Shown: piece after piece, positions 1-10,275 of the stretch
How the letters are laid out: each line of letters opens with the position of its first letter
How positions within the stretch are numbered: position 1 is the stretch's first letter
NCBI RefSeq assembly: GCF_004010195.1
Contig: NC_057718.1
Span: forward strand, 61,218,233 to 61,240,614
DNA length: 22,382 nucleotides
Source: Chiloscyllium plagiosum
Lineage: Eukaryota
Direction of reading: 5' to 3'
Translations under genes and position numbers: made by a program
The notes under the pieces: generated by a model
What the model saw: the letters and a program-made list of their open reading frames with translations, nothing else
Database searches by the model: none
What the model was told of the DNA's origin: nothing

Positions 1-1428
1 ATAAAGGAATTCTATATTCAACTGATGGTTCTTCTGGAAACAGTTGTACAGCAGATTTCCATGTTTTTAGTCAGTGATCAGGACTGGTCACTTTTTGCAC
101 AACTGGTCATCATTTCCAATGGGACAAAGTGTCCTTCTTGATGTCGCTGAGAATCTCTGGATGTTATTCCATGTTTTTGGGTACCTTATTCGGTGGCCAA
201 AAAAAGAAACTTACATTATGGCTTTTTTAGCAGGAGGAGGTTTTAACATGTGAAAACTTAGCTGGGAGCAAACCTGAGACAATCCTTTCTCGCATGAGCT
301 TTTGATGGCCCTCTGTCAGTGTCCTCTGATTTTTTTTTGTGTGGATCGGGGATTTTCAATACTCCCCTTTACATGGCAAGTTTCAAATTTAAGTCTTCAT
401 TCCTGCAATGCCTATAGTCAAGAAGTCTTGCCCCTAGAGACATTTAAAGGTCTCATTGCAAACTATACATTCCAGATGATGCATTGTAACATCTAAGTAA
501 TTACCCCTTGGATAGCCTTTTTCCTGGTGTCATCGCCATTGGATTTTGCTTTGTATTTTCTTATGAGTTTGGCTACTTTCAGGTCAAGCAACTTTGATTT
601 TAAAGTATCCTAACTCGTTTTTAACTATTTTTTCTGCCAACCCCATGAGATTTTAAAGATTAATAGGCTGTAATTTATCATCCTGACAATAATATCAAAA
701 GTTCCTGCTTTCCCACAACAAAATGGACAATATAAGTAGAAGGAGCAAATGGAACACTGCAGTTTCTACATAGCTGACATTTAATGTCAAGGTGCGTGGT
801 AGTTCATGTAAATGAAGGATACAAAAATGCTTATTAATGCATCATTTGAAACATACTTTTCATGCATTTAAGGAATTTTTGTTGAATGCATCATACATGA
901 CTCACTGACATCAGGTACTTAACTGTCATTTCAATGGATTTTAATGCATTTGTGAAGAAAGATGATATTTTCAAGCAACAGAGTTAACTGAAATATCAGT
1001 ATCCAATATATTGGATCATTTCTATTAGCATCCACTTAATTCTACTTAGAGAAATACCTGAAAAGTGTAGAATGCCCTTCGGTGAGATTCAAGTAGACAA
1101 TAAAAGATTAAACAATCTCCCAGTCCCTGTTTCCTCTATGCAGTGCTTGAGATTGCCAAGTGATGATTTGTTGTTAATAGTTCCCAGAGCTAAATGCCAT
1201 ACCAGAAACCCAGGTGTCAGTTCCACTTTGTCATGGTGCACCAAGCTATAGGGGCATCTGGGAGAGTCTGCCTGAGCTCCACAGTCATTCAACATTGCGC
1301 CATTGTTGCCAGAACATTGATGAATAAACTTCTTATGTGGACTTCAAACCAGTAAAAGAAATGCATTTTTAAGCAACAATTATTGATGTTCCCAGCCATC
1401 AGAGCTGCATGAAGAGAATACCCTCACC

Positions 1429-1490
1429 GGCAACCATGGACGGGCAATAAATGCTGGCCAGCCAGCAATACCCATGTCCCATGAATCAAA
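1429..1490 (+). mobile_element. 3' tail fragment of a shark LINE/SINE family (GGGCAATAAATGCTGGCC tail)
   Basis: GGGCAATAAATGCTGGCCAGCCAGCAATACCCATGTCCCATGAAT matches the tails at ~15130-15203 and ~19300-19361 and the reverse complement of 21797-21865. Confidence 0.75.
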
Positions 1491-1583
1491 TTTTTTTTTT
1501 AAATGTGCAAGATACCAAAACAAGTCAAAAGTTTAATTCACAGCATACAGTTCAAAAACTACCAAATTTTTGAAGTTGCCAGA

Positions 1584-2497
1584 CATGTGTAAAAGTTAAA
1601 TTTTTTTGACTATTTTTAAAGATTCAATTTATAGGGTCAACTATTACACGGGCACTCGTTTTGAGGGGCTGAAATTCATGCTGCAATTCAAAATACCATA
1701 TTATTAGCAGAAGTCAATTTGATCGTGAACCTAATCCCAGCTAAAAAAGAAAAACACAATGAATTACGGTAAAGGTAATTACCGAATAAGAGCAAGAGAA
1801 ACAAGAATGAATTACTGGTAGTAAATTTTATTTATACGTATCAGTATGAAAATTTAACATGTCAAAGATTCATTAAATTCCTACAAAATCACACTGTTCA
1901 ACATCGTCATGGCCTGGTATAATGGTACACTTAAAATGAAACATTTATTCAAATCTGCATGTATCGGCATCTTGAACTTTCCTGCCAAATTCTTCCATTT
2001 CCCTCCCATTTACTCTAGTATGTAATGAACCCCAGCAACATGAACAAGTTTGTCAAAGAATTAAAGATATATGTAGGTAATAATCTCACTGTTATTCAGA
2101 CAAAAATGGCACAATTAAAATGATTAACGTTTTAACGATATTAACTTTTGGATGTAGAGTGAACAAAGTGCGATAAGTACCATTAGACTTAGTACCGGTC
2201 TGAATGAATGAACGAATCAATACGTGCTGTAATGGGCTAAGTAGAATTATGAATGAATGGATAGAGATGCAATATAGTAAATAAAGAGCGATGAGTAGAG
2301 TTACTGGTATGAATTAATTAATGTGATTTCGTTTAAATGGGTTAATCCGAACATGCAGCTACCTTTGTAAAAGGTTTATAATGTGATATAGTCGGGTTGA
2401 CTTTTACATGAGATATGTGGAACAAAAAAAATCTTTTGGCCAAAAATAATGGGTCAACATTTACATGAAATCGACTTTTACCTGAGTATATACAGTA
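1584..2497. mobile_element. Non-autonomous Tc1/mariner (pogo/Tigger-like) DNA transposon remnant
   Basis: The right end TCGACTTTTACCTGAGTATATACAG followed by TA (2471-2497) resembles pogo-type termini. A related motif recurs at 1634-1652, 2394-2412 and 2451-2469, and inverted at 1584-1599. The left terminus is degraded and there is no transposase ORF. Confidence 0.6.
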
Positions 2498-2721
2498 ACT
2501 GAAGATTCAGCTTTTTGTCCATGTCAGTTATTTGTAGTCTTTGGATATAAAGTATTTTCAGACACAGAAATAAAATTACTTATTACTAAGTCTCATAAGA
2601 AATAATAAATTAATTGTTTCATTTAAAAGAATGAGACTCAACACAAGCAGTCTTTATTTATGAAGTATAATCTGACTCTGGCATAGACGCAGTAATGTAA
2701 ATCACCACATTATTTTAATGT

Positions 2722-2817
2722 TTTCAAAGTTTGTGAGAAGATTTGCAGCTCAGGTGCTTGTTGTTGTGGTTCTGTTCGCCGAGCTGGGAATTTGTGTTGC
2801 AGTCGTTTCGTCCCCTG
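2722..2817 (-). mobile_element. Short Penelope-like element terminal-repeat fragment
   Basis: The minus strand reads CAGGGGACGAAACGACTGCAACACAAATTCCCAGCTCGGCGAAC..., i.e. the 3' half of a hammerhead-like motif followed by a recalled shark PLE end. It is truncated before the CUGANGA box. Confidence 0.55.
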
Positions 2818-2876
2818 ACTCTGAATTCTGCCTCACACCTTTTTCAGATGAAGTTGCACAGTCATATTCTATACTT

Positions 2877-2917
2877 GTAATGCAGGCAAATACAATATCA
2901 GCACTCATTTCAAGACA
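2877..2917 (+). mobile_element. Older CR1 LINE, segment 1 (host of the nest)
   Basis: GCAGGCAAATACAATATCAGCACTCATTTCAAGA is a degenerate KANAMLAFISR-type motif that continues as ..EYKSRDVLLRL at ~5000. Confidence 0.6.
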
Positions 2918-4998
2918 AAGCATATGTCAGGTATAGACAGGATAGACCAAGTAAATCCTTAGAAGAGTATAAAGGCAGTAGAAGTACACTTCTGAGGGAA
3001 ATCTGGAGGGCAAAAAGGGGACATGAGATAGCTTTGGCAAATAGAGTTAAGGAGAATTCAAAGGGTTTTTACAAATACATTAAGGACAATAGGGTAACTA
3101 GGGAGAGAAAAGGGCCCCTCAAAGATCAGCAAGACAGGCTTTGTGTGGAGCCGCAGGACATGGGGGAGATAATAAATGAGTATTTTGCATCAGTGCTTAC
3201 TGTGGAAAAGGACATGGAAGATAAGAATGTAGGGAAATAGATGGTAACATCATGAAAAATGACCACATTACAGAGAAAGAAGACCTGGATGTCTTGAAAT
3301 GCATAAGAGTGGATAAATCCCCAGGATCTGATCAGGTGTACCCTGGAACTCTGTGGAAAGCTAGGGAAGTGATTGCTGGGTCTTTTGCTGAGATATTTGT
3401 ATCACCGATAGTCACAGGTGAGGTGCCGGAAGACTGGAGGTTGGCTAACATGGTGCCACTGTTTAGGAAAGGTGTTAAGGACAAGCCAGGGAACTATAGA
3501 CCAGTGAGCCTGACGTCATTGGTGAGCAAGTTGTTGGAGGGAATCCTGAAGGACAGAATGTGCATGTATTTGGAAAGACAATGAATGATTAGGGATGTCA
3601 ACATGGCTTTGTGCATGGGAAATCATGTCTCACAAACTTAATTGATTTGTTTGAAGAAGTAACAAAGAAGATTGATGAGGGCAAAGTGGTAGACGTGATC
3701 TATATGGACTTCAGTAAAGCGTTCAACAAGGTTCACCATGAGAGATGTCAACATGGCTTTGTGCATGGGAAATCATGTCTCACAAACTTAATTGAGTTGT
3801 TTGAAGAAGTAACAAAGAGGATTGATGAGGGCAAAGTGGTAGACGTGATCTATATGGACTTCAGTAAAGCGTTCAACAAGGTTCACCATGAGAGATTGGT
3901 TAGCAAGGTTAGATCTCATAGAATACAGGAAGAACTCGCCATTTGGATACAGAACTGGAGGGTAGTGGAGGGTTGTTTTTCAGACTGGAGGCCTGTGACC
4001 AGTGGAGCTCCACAAGGATCAGTGCTGGGTCCACTACTTTTTGTCATTTAGCTAAATGATTTGGATGTGAGCTTAAGAGGTATAGTTAGTAAGTTTCTAG
4101 ATGACACCAAAATTGGAGGTGTAGTGAACAGCGAAGAAGGTTACCTCAGATTACAATGGGATCTTGATCAGATGGGCCAATGGGCTGAGTGGCAGATGGA
4201 GGTTAATTTACATAAATGTAAGGTGCTGCATTTCAGGAAAGTAAATCTTAGCAGGACTTATACACTTAACGGTAAAGTCCTGGGGAGTGTTGCTGAACAA
4301 AGAGACCTTGGAGTACAGGCTCATCGCTCCTTGAAAGTAGAGTCGCAGGTCGATATGATTGTGAAGACGGTGCTTGGTATGCTTTATTGGTCAGAGTATT
4401 GAGTACAGGAGTTGGGAGGTCATGTTGTGGCTGTACAAGAAATTAGTTAGGCCACTTTTGGAATATTGCGCACAATTATGATCTCTTTCCTATTGGAAGG
4501 ATGTTGGGAAACCTGAAAGTGTTCGGAAAAGATTTACAAGGATGTTGCCAGGGTTGGAGGATTGGAGCTATAGGGAGAGGTAGAATAGGCTGGGGCTGTT
4601 TTCCTTAGAGTGTCAGAGGCTGAGGGGTGAAGTTTATAAGAATCATGAGGGACACGGGCAGGGTAAATGGACAAAGTATTTTCTCTGGGTGGGAGAGTCC
4701 AGAACTAGAGGGCATAGGTTTAGGGTGAGAGGGGAAAGATATAAAAGGGACCTAAGGGGCAGCTTTTTCTTTCAGAGGGTGGTGCATGTGTGGAATGGGC
4801 TGCTAGAGGTAGTGTTGGAGGCTAGTATAATTGCAACATTTAAAAGGCATTTGAATGGGTATATGAATAGGAAATATTTGGAGGTATGTGCACCGAGTGC
4901 TGGCAGTGAGACTAGATTTTATTGGGACATTAGGTCAGCATGGACAAATTGGACCAAAGGGTCTGTTTCTGTGCTGTACATTTCTGTGACCTATGACA
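2918..4998 (+). mobile_element. 5'-truncated CR1-clade LINE (HER1-like); decayed ORF2 reverse transcriptase plus 3' tail
   Basis: ORF pieces give KSPGSDQVYP, GEVPEDWRLANMVPLFRKG, PGNYRPVSLTS, QHGF..GKSCLTNL, DVIYMDFSKAF, GAPQGSVLGPLLF, SKFLDDTKIGG (catalytic FADD changed to FLDD) and RTRGH..FFFQRVVHVWNGL. There are multiple stops and frameshifts. The tail is GGACCAAAGGGTCTGTTTCTGTGCTGTA..TGAC. Confidence 0.97.
3594..3893 (+). repeat. 150-bp direct tandem duplication inside the CR1 RT domain
   Basis: 3594-3743 and 3744-3893 differ at two positions by my count (3646/3796 and 3669/3819). The duplication is in frame (50 codons). Confidence 0.97.
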
Positions 4999-5415
4999 GT
5001 TAGAATATAAGAGCAGGGATGTACTGCTGAGGCTCTGTAATGTTCTGATCATCTCCATTTGGAGCATTGTCAGCACGTTTGAGCTCCACATCTAAAGAAG
5101 GATGTGCTGATCTTGGAGGGGGTCCAGAGGAGAATCGCAAGAATGATCCTGGAGATGAAGGGCTTTTCACAGGAAGAGTGGTTGAGGACTCTGACTGTGT
5201 ACTCAATGGAGTTTAGAGAGACAAGGGACATCTCATTGAAACTTACAGAATACTGAGAGGCTTGTGTGGATGTCAAAAAGATCTTTCCACTATTAGAGGG
5301 ACTAGGACCTGAGGGTCCAGCAGCAGAGTGAAGGGATGACCCTTTAGAATTGAGATGAGAAGGAGTTTCTTCAGCCAGAAGTGGTGACTCTGTGGAAATC
5401 ATTGCAACAGAAGGC
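4999..5415 (+). mobile_element. Older CR1 LINE, segment 2 (ORF2 C-terminal region)
   Basis: Degenerate coding for EYKSRDVLLRL, APHLKKDVLILEGVQRRIARMILEMKG, LIETYRILRG and FRIEMRRSFFSQ. It is more diverged than the 2918-4998 element. Confidence 0.9.
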
Positions 5416-5785
5416 ATAGAGTCATACAGCACGGAAACAGACCCTTCGGTCCAACCGGTCTATACCGAAAATAATCCTAACCGTATCTAGTCCCATCTGC
5501 CTGATCCTGGCGCATATCCTTCTAAACCTTTTCTATTCGTGTACTTATCAAAATGTCTTTTTTAAACGTTCTATATCCACCACTTCCTCAGGAAGGTCAT
5601 TTCATACTTGAACCACCACCTGTGTAAAACATTTGCCCCTCATGCCTGTTTTAAATCTCTCTCCTTTCATCTTAAAAATGTGTTCCCTCATCTTGAAACC
5701 CCCCATCCCACCATTTACCCTGTCCAAATCACTCATGGTTTTGTGAACTTCTATAAGGTCATCTCTCAACCTCCTGTACTCCAAG
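5416..5785 (-). mobile_element. 5'-truncated CR1 LINE 3' end inserted in antisense
   Basis: Minus ORF 5602-5784 (EYRRLRDDLIEVHK..GERFKTGMRGKCFTQVVV) and minus tail TTGGACCGAAGGGTCTGTTTCCGTGCTGTATGACTCTAT. Confidence 0.93.
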
Positions 5786-5960
5786 TCATGGAGTGTTATT
5801 AAAAAAAGGAATAGAAAGGTTCTTAATTAGTAAAAGGATCAAAGGTTCCAGGGAAAAGGCAGGAAAATAGGGTAGAGAAATATATCAGACATGGTCAAAT
5901 GATGGACTAGACTCAATGGGCCGAATGACTTGATTTGGGTCCGAGTTCCTGTGGTCCTAT
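5786..5960 (+). mobile_element. Older CR1 LINE, segment 3 (ORF2 end and 3' UTR)
   Basis: Resumes after the antisense insert: ATAGAAAGGTTCTTAATTAGTAAAAGGATCAAAGGTT..AGACTCAATGGGCCGAATGAC, a CR1-type tail. Confidence 0.8.
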
Positions 5961-6249
5961 CAACAAAAGCATGATTTGAGTCACCATGTAATTTTTAAAA
6001 AAACTTATTTTGGATATCCAGCATCCGCAGTATTTTGCTTTTCCATGAATCTGTTGCTGTTTCAGTTATTTATTCACTGAAGTTAAGCAGACTGTCTGCC
6101 ATCTCTTGGGCCTTTGATACATTTTTGCAAAAATAGAAATTACTAAGAGGTGTTAGATAATACGAAATGTAGATTAGTAACCTGCTAGCAAGAACATCTT
6201 GCAAATGCTTTCTTTTTGCGAAGTTGTGAAAATGTTGCAGCAATAACAT

Positions 6250-8250
6250 TTTAAAACATTAGACAACCTATCAAATGTTACAGGAGCAAGCTTTGATTTT
6301 CATCATATAGAATAAATTGACAGCATTGAGAAGGCATTGCTATGTAATCCTACACCTTGTGTCTGCTCCCTTTGTTTCTATTACCTGTTCAAACAGTAAC
6401 ATTTCCAATTAGCTGTGGGCATTACCATTCTGATTTTTAACCCAATTCATTAGCCAGCCTACTATTGAATGTATTTTTAAATCAACTTCAAAAAAATTTA
6501 GCAGCTTCTGTCAGTCAGTTCAAGAAAAAAAATGTTCCAGCTGCAGACTTTTGAACTACTCTTTGATAATCTGGAAGAATTTGAAAAATGTTTCAACATA
6601 CAATTTTTGTCTGCTTTATGAAAGTGTTTGGGCAATTGTCCAACTGGAATAAAAGCCTTTAAGTGATTTTAAAAAAAAGACCCATGGAAACTATTGGTGC
6701 CCAAGGTCTGCTGTGGTTAATTTTCAGTCTGTTTTGTGTTGCCCATTTCCTCTGAAATACTACCTGGGGTTTAAGGTTCCTTACACAGGATGTTAATAGA
6801 CCTCCACAAACATTCAGCTTGCTGTTTCCCACCGCTAGCCTTTAAAAGATCATGGCACTGGGCCCAGGGCAGGATTGAATGGATAAAAAATTATCTGCAG
6901 TCAGTGCTTTCGGAGCTTGCCAGCTCACTGGCCTTTCCCTTTTTGTTTCTTTTTGGCATTTTCTGTCTCTTTTCCTGGAGAAGCTATTCACATACATCCC
7001 GGTGCACTCAGCACCTTCATACCTGTCTGCCCCACCCAACTTCCAGGACTGCCATGTTTCGATGCATAATCCATCAATGCCACCATTAGGGTGAAGTGGT
7101 TTACTTGTTATTCAGGTGCACGTTGATAACTTCCTCTCCTTTACCGAATTCAATGAAATCCTGATTATGCACATTTCATTTAAATTAATTTGGTCATGAC
7201 CTCCAGCTGCTCACTGGGTCCAACTGGCACAAAAGTATTTCCTAGCCCCGGTTCCATCCACTTTGGTCACTATTTTGTGACAGTGTCTGCAAAACCCTCT
7301 CCCCTTGCCTTCCTCTAGTTCTACATCCCCACCCACCAGCAATGCCAGCCACCTTTACAGTCACCACTTTAGAAGCTGTGCTTTAAAGAAAGTACACCCT
7401 GTCAATATGCAAGGTCACTAATAGCTTGTCACTGCCTTCCTGGAGGGTCACATTCAGAGTGCTATTCCTACACAAAAGAAAAAGGGCCTTTAATTATTAA
7501 CCTTTCTTTTTCTAAGCCTGGAGTTATGCTCCATGTCACAGTGTTAATGCGCTCACATCCGAGGAGATGCATAATGCTCCTCTCTGTCTGTTTATTAGTA
7601 AGATCCGTTTGGAGCCTTCCTTTGTGCCACAATATGAATACACTTTGATGGTAAATAATTATGCCAATCCTTTGACATTAAGATCCACAGGCTGCCCTAG
7701 TTAAGCCAGTAATTAGCCTGTCCTTTTTTTTGTGTGCAAGAGTACAAATTATCCTCACATGGGCACTGTCCATCCGTTCCCTCTTGTATCTGCATAGCTC
7801 AGTAGATTTGATAGTGTGCAGCTCTGCTAAATGCAGCTGCACAAGAGAAAGATAAAGCTCCACCATCAAGATGATGAACAATTTGGATGAAGAGCTTCAT
7901 GATGAACAAAAAGCTGAAGGAGTACGGCTGATGCTGCTCTGGACAGCTGAAGAATGCCTCAGACTGCAGATGAATAGCCCTCATTTGTGAATATACAGAT
8001 TTCCTGTGATGAATAAAGCTGACTGAGGGTCACAATAAATAAACTTTTTTTTATTAATTCTGGTCCGGGCACCGAACAGCTGTAAATTGAAGGTTGTGCT
8101 ATTTCTTCGTGATCTCTATGAATGCACAAAGGGAATAATTAAACTAAGCTCATATTGCTTGATATATTAGCACAAGTTTATAATGATGAGCTCCCATGTT
8201 CGGGTTTAATGCTTTACTGCACTTCAGTTTTATTTTTTTCACATTTGCTT
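6250..8250. promoter_or_regulatory. Repeat-free block rich in developmental TF motifs; candidate conserved non-coding elements
   Basis: No recognisable repeat. Pbx-Hox TGATGGATTA (minus, 7067-7076), TCF/Sox CTTTG(A/T) at 6291, 7620, 7643 and 7670, several TAAT cores. Conservation is not tested. Confidence 0.35.
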
Positions 8251-10068
8251 AAATAAATCAGTTTTTTGCTGCTTTGCACCAAAATTTTTTGTAGACTATT
8301 CTTGGGCACATAAACTTGCTTTAATTCAAAAAGAAATTGGATTTTACAAAGCTACTTGATGAAGTACTGTAATTTGTTTAAGGGTTTTTTGCAAAAACTG
8401 AACAAGCCTTTCCTGAGTTACAACAATTCCTGGACTAGATTCAGAATATTTAAAAAATAAACGCTTTAAATTAATTTACAAAAGCACCAATTTTCTTTAA
8501 AGCAAAATAGTGTATCAAGATCAAAGGATTGCAGGCCTTACACTTATTCCCTTGCCCTGTCCCACTATGCCTGTAGCATACAACAGCAGAGAAAATAATA
8601 ATTGCGCTGAATATTTTAGGTTTAAACTCCAATTGTTAGTCACTCTTTATCATGTATGAACTAATGTTAAAACTGGAGTGGTTCAGAGAAAGAATGAACA
8701 GATTTCAATATTTCTGCAGTTTTAGTAAAAACATTTTTTTTCTGATTTCATAATGAGAGTCCAAGATAAGTTGACTCATTAATGTCCCACCACACTAAGG
8801 AAAAAAGATCATGAGAGCCTTTGGCTGCCACAATGTGAATGATGGCAGGCAAGTACGGATAACTTGAGGCTTGTATGTTGTGCTTTTTAAAGACAAACAC
8901 CCCCACCAAACCCCTCCCTTACCCTCTCCCACCTTCATGCTGCCATTTTAACCTGACCACAGATTAAAGACAAGTTCAGGAGACTCATTTGGAGCAAACT
9001 AAGCTGCCTGGACTGAAATTATTCTTTTACCTAAAGACATCAAAACCAATCAACTGAGCCAGCATCAAGAAATTCACATTTCCTGTTTTAATTTATACTT
9101 GTATGATAGTTTTACATATTGAACACAAAAAGAATATTATGTTCTGAGAGATAATGAGGCCAGACTTCAGAATCCACAAATGAACTCTATTTTAACAGTC
9201 CTTCTTGAGCAATAGAGGGGAGAAATACCTGGATTGCCAACAGCAAGAATTTAAAGGCTTCTCCCTCTCTGCTTAATCTTCTTGGGACATAGCGCCCAGT
9301 GGAAAAACAAATTGAGGAAACAGACCTTCACCAGAAACTTAAAAATAAAAACAATATTTGCCAGTGCTGACACTACCAGACAACAATTAAACAACTGTGG
9401 TCTCAGAATAAATATCTAACAACTCAAGGAAATTTATTTGTTCTGTCTGTCTACATCCCTTTTAAACATATTACTTATGTAAGTTTTATGTCACTTTTTT
9501 TCTTAAAGTGAGTAGATATTAAAATTCACCTTTCTTTCACTCAAGAAAATCTTTTAGGTGACTCATTTTGATTGAGTTAACTATATTTTTAACTGATATA
9601 CGAACTTGCTAAAAAGAACAGAGAAGGAGTTGCAAAGAGAGAACTGAAGCAACTTTCCTCACGGGGTCCTAATTATATTGAGACCATAATGTTAAAATTG
9701 CACATAAAAAGTGTTGGAAATTATAGCCATAACGTTATGAAAATTTAAAAACACTTCATTGGTAACAGTAGCAACTTATTTTAGTCATTCTTCAGCAAAA
9801 TCCATCAGAGTAGATTAAAACATTCAAAACTACCCAATTTTTAATTATATTCCAAAAAGCAGTTTATTTTGTAATTTGTACATCTTTTTCTGAAACTAAT
9901 GATTTGTCACTTGTTGGAAGTAAATTCTGTACCTTAGTCCAGTTTTTATGACTAACCCATTAATTAGAGTGAAAGAAACATTTTTTAAAAAAAAAACTCG
10001 GGCTAGATTTTCCTATTTTCTTGCGAAATATTACTTTTGGGGTACTTCAAAGTGGGTGACTCATCATA

Positions 10069-10275
10069 GCTGCCAGCAACTTCTCTCACATTATCTTCTA
10101 TTCTTCACCTCATCAATTATACAACTGGCTTCTTGAGAAGAAGACCATTTCTATCCCACCAGAAGAGACCAAGGCACTAAACATGGTTGGCCTGGATACA
10201 GAGAGACACCCAGTTTCCAGGATCAAACAGAATGGAGAACAGTGCAATAAAACATTCTACTTTGTCAGGATAAGC
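10069..10275 (+). pseudogene. Decayed Myb/SANT-like exon, probably from a PIF/Harbinger transposon
   Basis: LRRRPFLSHQKRPRH*TWLAWIQRDTQ (from 10133), then after a frameshift VSRIKQNGEQCNKTF..VR, ending AGG/ATAAGC (donor-like). This resembles the AW..IA..VS...R..EQCRKKF pattern. Confidence 0.45.

Noticed and set aside
3034..4402. RT ORFs as a functional gene, retron or domesticated RT
   Set aside because: Several stops and frameshifts, a short deletion near 3957 (IQNW joined to RVVEG), FLDD at the catalytic motif, and no endonuclease or ORF1. It is an ordinary dead CR1 copy.
5000..5432. Ser/Pro-rich minus-strand ORFs (68 and 120 aa)
   Set aside because: Antisense shadows of the plus-strand CR1 fragment.
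6790..7094. Overlapping 99, 71 and 65 aa ORFs with a hydrophobic stretch
   Set aside because: The hydrophobicity comes from a T-rich tract. No recognisable domain.
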